DNA of 64,000 nucleotides from a virus: IMG/VR virus record IMGVR_UViG_3300021079_000001, positions 1 to 64,000 of that record; one strand, 5' to 3'. Shown piece by piece: positions 58,527 to 64,000 of this stretch (position 1 is its first letter; each line of letters starts with the position of its first letter). The notes under the pieces were generated by a model. It saw only the letters and a program-made list of their open reading frames with translations, ran no database searches and was not told where the DNA came from. The position numbers and the translations under genes were made by a program.

Positions 58527-61500
58527 ATGGGAATAGCCAGAACTGAATGTGGATTAGTATTCACAACAGGTAAACAGATAACTAAGGTGTTAGCAGATAA
58601 TAGGGAGGAATCCAGGTTATTTAAGGACCTTGTGGAACGTGTTACTGATATGAAGTCAGAGGACAAGGAGAAACTCCGAGAAGGGTATAGTGAATGGAAA
58701 AAAGAAGGTAAGGTATTCGATCTGGATAATAACCGTAATCTGGCACACGCAATATGGGCACAGACATCATCAGAGAAGTTTAATGAACTCTATAAAGGGG
58801 AAAAAGATGCTAATGGAGAACCACTAGCTGACAAGGCACTGGAAGTTATACAAGGCGCAGATACTCATATGCCAGTAAAGGATAAGGCTGCAGTAGCAGG
58901 AGAACTAGTATTTCCTGTAGTAGATCGTGTAAAGGAACTGAGTGGTAAAGAGGTCAAAGTACTAGATAGAGAAGGTAATCATGCCAGAATAGAGGTACGT
59001 GGAGAAAGTAAGGAAGCACAGAGAATAATCAAGGAGATTAACAAGGAATACCCTGGAGTAGCTGCTGAAGGTAGGCCGGGTGTTATAACACTCAATATAC
59101 CAGATGTTGAAGTAACCAGAAAGTACAATCAGTATGCAGATCAATACAAAGAGTCTACAGCTGATACATTTTACCAAAAATCAAATGAGAAGACATTACC
59201 ATCAAAAGCTAATCCTGCTACAGTAGCTGAATATGAAGAGTTTTTAAAGAGAAAGGGTGTTCCTATAATTACTACAGGTATATTAGATAAAGATGGTAAA
59301 CCCATACCAGCTAAGAATGCTGTAGACCTTGCACAGAATCTTGTATATATAGTAGATGGGGAAAAACCTACAGCACTAGGAGAAGAGACATTTCACTATG
59401 GCTCTCGTATTATACAAGCTCATGATCCTAAGCTATGGAAAGAGATGATGAATCGTGTAGGGAACTATAAGCTCTACGGAGATATAGTAGACCTATACAA
59501 GAATGATAAAAAATATCAGAACCCAGATGGTAGTATCAATATCCCTAAGATGAAAGAGGAAACTATTGGTAGGTTACTGCATGAGCATTATGTACAGGAG
59601 AGAGAAGGGTTGACAGAAAAACCAGAATTATTAGAACAACTACAAGGATGGTGGAAGAAGTTTGTAGAAGGGTTGAAATCGTTTTTTTCAGGTACAGGAT
59701 ATGACCCATTCAGAAAAGCGGCTAAACAGTTTGCAAGAGATAGAGGTGCATTCAAAACAGATAGAAAAATACATGAAGCTGTACACAAGCTAACAGATCA
59801 ATCAGAGAAAGAGTCATATAGTAACTTCAAAGACAGGACAATATCCAGTCTAAAAGACATAGCATCTAAAGTAAAAGATAAGACAGTCGTAGTAACACAT
59901 GGTACTGTATTGGATATGGCTAGGTCATGGAAAGAAAACATGTATAACGATAATATATCTGAAGATAGTTATAACAAGAAAGAAACAGAGAATGGTCATG
60001 TATTAGAACTTCAAGTAGGTGATAAGACTTTGTATTTGGTAAGACATGGTGAATCTACTGCTAATGTATTGGAAGAACCCTCAACTGATGAAACGCCTTT
60101 AACTGGTAAAGGACAGGAAGATGCAGTAATGGCTGCACAAGAATTAAAAGAAAAAGGTGTAACAGAAGTACTTAATACAGATACAGAAAGAACAGATCAT
60201 ACAGCAGCTATTATTAGAAAAGAATTGCAAGGTGAAGACACCTTCTTACAGAAGAAAGAAGAGACAGGTGAAGAAAAAAGAGACAACGCTTTCGATAAAA
60301 TAACTGAAGTAGGTAGTAAAGTGGTAAGACCTACTGAGCCAGGTAAAAAATACACATATGCTGGTGCTGAAGTTCCTACCAGGGTACATGATAAAATAGC
60401 TGCTGAACAAAAGAAGAAAATGGGGAAAATGACATTCTCCAGTAAAGAAGAAGAAGAGAAGTATACTAAACATACAGAAAAGGCTATTCAATTAGGTACA
60501 GATATATCTTCAGATCTTGATCAAATTGTGTCTGAAGTAGTAGATAAGAGTACTGGTTTAAAAAGAGACAGAATAGAAGAAGATCATGGTTATATACCAA
60601 TAACAGATAAATATCAATCAGATATGGATAAAGCTGTAAATGGTTCTATCTATGATAATCTAAAATTGATGATAAGGGGATGGGATGAACCTAATAAAGC
60701 AGATATTCATAACCCTATACATCATAATGGTATACTAGACTTATATCCTGAAGGTACTAAGTTTATCTGGGATGTATCTTTATATGATCCTAATGCAGCA
60801 TTCCAAGGAAAGAGTGGTATGGCCGGTACACCTGACTTTATAGCTATTACTCCAGATGGTATTGCACATCTACATGACTGGAAATCAGTTGGTCGTACAG
60901 GAGAAATAAAAGGGTATACTAAAGAAGCCTACAACCTACAGATGAAAGCATATGCTAAGATGTTGAAAGATGCATATGGAGTGGAGGTACAGACAGCTCG
61001 TATGGATATTATGGGTGTTAAATGGGGAGAAGGTGATAGTGTAAAAGGTGTAAATATACACGGTATAGATCTTTCTATGTCAGCTGGTGAACTGTATAGA
61101 CCTTATCTGACTGATATACATAAAACAGGAGATAAGGTGATAGATGACTATGCAGATCGTCTTATAGGAATGCTCAATGCCTTACAGGCTAAGGATATGT
61201 CAGATGCAGAAAGGGTAACAAGAAGTAGAAGAGCTGCTGATTTAGAAAAAGCAATACTCAGATTACGTCTTGAAAAGTCATTTGCTCCTATTATGGAACA
61301 AGGTGATCAGTTTATTAAGTATGCTGATAGGGAACAAGCCAGAATAGCATCAAGTAACGTGGACTTCTCTAATATGGATATGAAGGAGTTCAGTAAAGAA
61401 GCTGGTAATCTTATTGTTCTAAAAGACAATCTGCAGATATATAAAGACCTTAGTAAGTTTAAAGGGTATATGCAAGATGCTGATAAACTACAGGCATTAG

Positions 61501-64000
61501 AACAGTTAATAACTAAAGCTGAGAATCTCTATAATAAACAGATAGAGATGAATATGAAAGTAGCTTCAGAATGGTTTAAAGATAAAACTATAGATGATAT
61601 AGCAAAAGCACAAAAACAATACGGGGCAATTGCAGGTACAGTAAGGGAAAGAAGTAATCAAGAACTAACTACTGTACAAGGTCTGCAGGATGTACTACAA
61701 AATCTGAGTAACCGTAGTCAGAATAGGATAAACGACACACTTTATGACTTTACTAATGATATTGGTACAGGTATATACGATGAAGTTAGCAAATGGGGTG
61801 ATGAAAAAAAGTTATGGAGTGTTATAGGTGCAAAAGATAAGAATAAATTGATTAGCCCATTTAAGTCAGAATTTTATGAAGAGTTAGATAAAGCTAAAGA
61901 AGCTAAAGATATTCAATGGGTAAAAGATCATACTGATAATAAAGCATTAGAAGATTATCTTAATAAGAAAAGAGAAAGTCAACTCAGAGATCTTTATGAA
62001 TATTATCATCTAGCATCTCAGGGTATGACAATGGATAAGCCATGGGAATGGGGTAGAGGTGTAGATACTAAACTGGAAGAATCGGTTGAAAGAATACTAA
62101 AATATACAGAACATGCAGGAAAAGAAGGTAATCAAAACTGGTACAGTAATGCCCATAAGTTTCCAAAGAAACTTAATGCAGATGGTTCTTATACTAAATG
62201 GGTAAGTGAAGAGATGAAAAACTTAGAACGTCCAGGAAATGCACCTGCTAAAAAGTTCTATGATTATATTCAAAAATGGAATAATCAGTTTGCTACATCT
62301 GGATACCTACAATGGGAAGGTGCTCGTACATTCTTACCACATGTACCTAAAGAAACTGTAACTAAAATATTCTCAGGAGGATTTAATATTAAAGATGGGT
62401 TATTGAGTCTATATACTAGTAAAGTGATAGAAGACAGAGATCCATTGAGAGATCCTCGTACAGGTGAAATTATTAATAGTCTACCTAAATCTTTTCAAAG
62501 TAGATTATCTGAAAAAGAAGTATCTAAAGATCTTATCAAAAACCAACTCCTTCACATAATGAAAGGAATAGAGTGGGAAGAAAAGAATGCTGTAGAGGAT
62601 ATAATATATCTACTGCAGGATATAGAACGATCTAAGGGTATGTTAGAGCCTACTCAAAAAGGAATGGTGACAGGTAAAGTAATAGGTATTGGAGAAAAGA
62701 CAGATAATGTGAAACTGCTTAACGACTTTATTGATATAGGATTTTACAATATACACGATCTCGGTAATGATGCCCAGTTTGGTAAAGTAAAAATGACTAG
62801 TGATGGAAAAGAGGTAAAAGCCTCCGGTAGCAAAATGTTAAGCACAGTTACAGGTGCGGGGTCAATGGCTATATTATCCTGGAAACCATCTATTATAGCA
62901 TTTCGTTCATTGGAGACTACTTTACAAGGTTTATATAATGCCAATAAGTATTTCTCAGCAAAAACTCAATTACAAGGTTTATATGACTTTATAGCATCTA
63001 GGGCATTTAAAGGAAGTAATGAACTTACAATAGGATTATTGAAATCATTCTTACCTGAAGAAGAACAACTACATATAGCTGCTAAAGGACTATCTCTTAA
63101 TAAATTGAATAATCTGAATGTACAAGAATTTCTGATGAAGGGAGTGAAGTCAGCGCATAATATAGTAGTATATAGTAACTTTTTTGCACACATGGAAAGT
63201 GCTATTGTTATAGATGGTAAGATACACAATGTACGGGAGTATTACAGATCTTTACCTGAGAGTGCTAATCGATATAAAGATATAACTAAATATGAAAAAG
63301 AGTTACCTACTAAATGTAAAGAACTACTAGATAAGTACGGTCTCATGAAATTTGCCAAGTATAATAAAGAAACAGGTAAAATGGACTATCCGGGACTTGA
63401 TCTTAACGATAGGTCAGTTGCTGCTTTTAAACAGCTTATACGTGTAACAGGAAGAGAGATGTCGGGTAATATTAGTCATGAAGATCAGTCTCGTATGAGA
63501 TCTAATGTATGGTGGAGACAAATGTTAATGTATAATAACTGGTTACCCAGACAATGGGATGTACGTGCAGGTAATTTAGCATATAACAAAGGTAAAGATT
63601 CATATGAATGGGGGCGTACTCGTGTATTTGCTCAAGTAGTATTTGCTGAAGGATTTTTACCTGCAGCTACTAAAATATTAAAGACACTGGTAGGTATGGA
63701 TGAGGTTACTCGTGGTACTGAAAAAGGGTTGGGACAACTACAAGAGATGTATAACAAAACTGTAGAAGATCAGTTAAAAAAAGGCGTAGAACTAAAAATG
63801 ACAAAAGAAGAGTTCTATGATCTAGTAAGGGATAAAGTAAAGAACCAAGTAAGAGAATTTCAAGTAGTATTAGCTGTATGTGCTGCATATTGGGGACTTA
63901 TGGCAATGTTGCCTAAGAAAGGTGATGATGATTATGAAGAAACAGTTGCTCAATTTGGATTATTAAAGAAAACTATGTTGAAAGCTAAAGAGGCTATGAC
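58527..64000 (+). CDS. giant virion cargo protein (at least 1824 aa, runs off the window) with degenerate zincin, permuted histidine phosphatase and PD-(D/E)xK nuclease; not in ORF track
   Basis: Manual translation from ATG 58527 (MGIARTECGLVF..) found no stop in the stretches read and the frame is still open at the window end; 'DANGEP', 'LGEETFH', 'VVVTHG', 'LYLVRHGES', 'GTPD..HDWK', 'YEWGR' motifs. Confidence 0.9.
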   Translation, partial: MGIARTECGLVFTTGKQITKVLADNREESRLFKDLVERVTDMKSEDKEKLREGYSEWKKEGKVFDLDNNRNLAHAIWAQTSSEKFNELYKGEKDANGEPLADKALEVIQGADTHMPVKDKAAVAGELVFPVVDRVKELSGKEVKVLDREGNHARIEVRGESKEAQRIIKEINKEYPGVAAEGRPGVITLNIPDVEVTRKYNQYADQYKESTADTFYQKSNEKTLPSKANPATVAEYEEFLKRKGVPIITTGILDKDGKPIPAKNAVDLAQNLVYIVDGEKPTALGEETFHYGSRIIQAHDPKLWKEMMNRVGNYKLYGDIVDLYKNDKKYQNPDGSINIPKMKEETIGRLLHEHYVQEREGLTEKPELLEQLQGWWKKFVEGLKSFFSGTGYDPFRKAAKQFARDRGAFKTDRKIHEAVHKLTDQSEKESYSNFKDRTISSLKDIASKVKDKTVVVTHGTVLDMARSWKENMYNDNISEDSYNKKETENGHVLELQVGDKTLYLVRHGESTANVLEEPSTDETPLTGKGQEDAVMAAQELKEKGVTEVLNTDTERTDHTAAIIRKELQGEDTFLQKKEETGEEKRDNAFDKITEVGSKVVRPTEPGKKYTYAGAEVPTRVHDKIAAEQKKKMGKMTFSSKEEEEKYTKHTEKAIQLGTDISSDLDQIVSEVVDKSTGLKRDRIEEDHGYIPITDKYQSDMDKAVNGSIYDNLKLMIRGWDEPNKADIHNPIHHNGILDLYPEGTKFIWDVSLYDPNAAFQGKSGMAGTPDFIAITPDGIAHLHDWKSVGRTGEIKGYTKEAYNLQMKAYAKMLKDAYGVEVQTARMDIMGVKWGEGDSVKGVNIHGIDLSMSAGELYRPYLTDIHKTGDKVIDDYADRLIGMLNALQAKDMSDAERVTRSRRAADLEKAILRLRLEKSFAPIMEQGDQFIKYADREQARIASSNVDFSNMDMKEFSKEAGNLIVLKDNLQIYKDLSKFKGYMQDADKLQALEQLITKAENLYNKQIEMNMKVASEWFKDKTIDDIAKAQKQYGAIAGTVRERSNQELTTVQGLQDVLQNLSNRSQNRINDTLYDFTNDIGTGIYDEVSKWGDEKKLWSVIGAKDKNKLISPFKSEFYEELDKAKEAKDIQWVKDHTDNKALEDYLNKKRESQLRDLYEYYHLASQGMTMDKPWEWGRGVDTKLEESVERILKYTEHAGKEGNQNWYSNAHKFPKKLNADGSYTKWVSEEMKNLERPGNAPAKKFYDYIQKWNNQFATSGYLQWEGARTFLPHVPKETVTKIFSGGFNIKDGLLSLYTSKVIEDRDPLRDPRTGEIINSLPKSFQSRLSEKEVSKDLIKNQLLHIMKGIEWEEKNAVEDIIYLLQDIERSKGMLEPTQKGMVTGKVIGIGEKTDNVKLLNDFIDIGFYNIHDLGNDAQFGKVKMTSDGKEVKASGSKMLSTVTGAGSMAILSWKPSIIAFRSLETTLQGLYNANKYFSAKTQLQGLYDFIASRAFKGSNELTIGLLKSFLPEEEQLHIAAKGLSLNKLNNLNVQEFLMKGVKSAHNIVVYSNFFAHMESAIVIDGKIHNVREYYRSLPESANRYKDITKYEKELPTKCKELLDKYGLMKFAKYNKETGKMDYPGLDLNDRSVAAFKQLIRVTGREMSGNISHEDQSRMRSNVWWRQMLMYNNWLPRQWDVRAGNLAYNKGKDSYEWGRTRVFAQVVFAEGFLPAATKILKTLVGMDEVTRGTEKGLGQLQEMYNKTVEDQLKKGVELKMTKEEFYDLVRDKVKNQVREFQVVLAVCAAYWGLMAMLPKKGDDDYEETVAQFGLLKKTMLKAKEAM

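Noticed and set aside
238-63888. All minus-strand ORFs in the track (e.g. 46135-46953, 48130-48747, 53188-53721) and short nested + ORFs (651, 21061, 34234, 38009, 50865)
   Set aside because: They lie within or across long, motif-bearing + strand genes and read as antisense or off-frame shadows with no motifs.
1-64000. Stop-codon reassignment, known in some crAss-like phages
   Set aside because: Genes up to 15 kb are open in the standard code, and TAG (16287, 33515, 57552) and TGA (12090) end genes at sensible boundaries.
1-64000. tRNA, rRNA, CRISPR array or diversity-generating retroelement
   Set aside because: Intergenic gaps are short and show no cloverleaf or repeat-spacer pattern; no reverse transcriptase or adenine-variant repeat pair was seen by eye.

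Overview
This window is the morphogenesis and virion-cargo half of a crAss-like (Crassvirales-type) bacteriophage genome, most likely infecting a Bacteroidota host. All credible genes are on the + strand, tightly packed, in the standard code (TAA, TAG and TGA all end genes). Gene order: small ORFs and a GT2 glycosyltransferase; two Thr/Gly/Ser-rich fibre genes; wHTH, IHF-like and Zn-finger genes; terminase large subunit, portal, putative scaffold and major capsid protein; ring, auxiliary capsid and hub proteins; a GH19 endolysin; Cys-rich tail proteins; the muzzle (stabilisation) protein; three cargo proteins; and a 5027-aa virion RNA polymerase polyprotein (DFDVD active site). After it come an HExxE protein plus ATP-grasp ligase pair, a GIY-YIG homing endonuclease, and a cargo protein of at least 1824 aa (58527 to the window end) that the ORF track misses. 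Main observations: (1) a palindrome CTAACYA-N3-TRGTTAG starts exactly 58 bp upstream of Bacteroidota-type TAnnTTTG promoter elements at three intergenic regions; (2) a DnaJ-type J-domain (HPD) cassette, a zincin and a NADAR domain are embedded in the virion RNAP; (3) a circularly permuted histidine phosphatase and a PD-(D/E)xK nuclease sit in the unannotated giant cargo protein; (4) the homing endonuclease insertion appears to have supplied a synonymously recoded copy of its target gene's C-terminus; (5) two cargo proteins are punctuated by xxGG motifs. Functional names come from motif recognition and synteny by eye; no searches were run.
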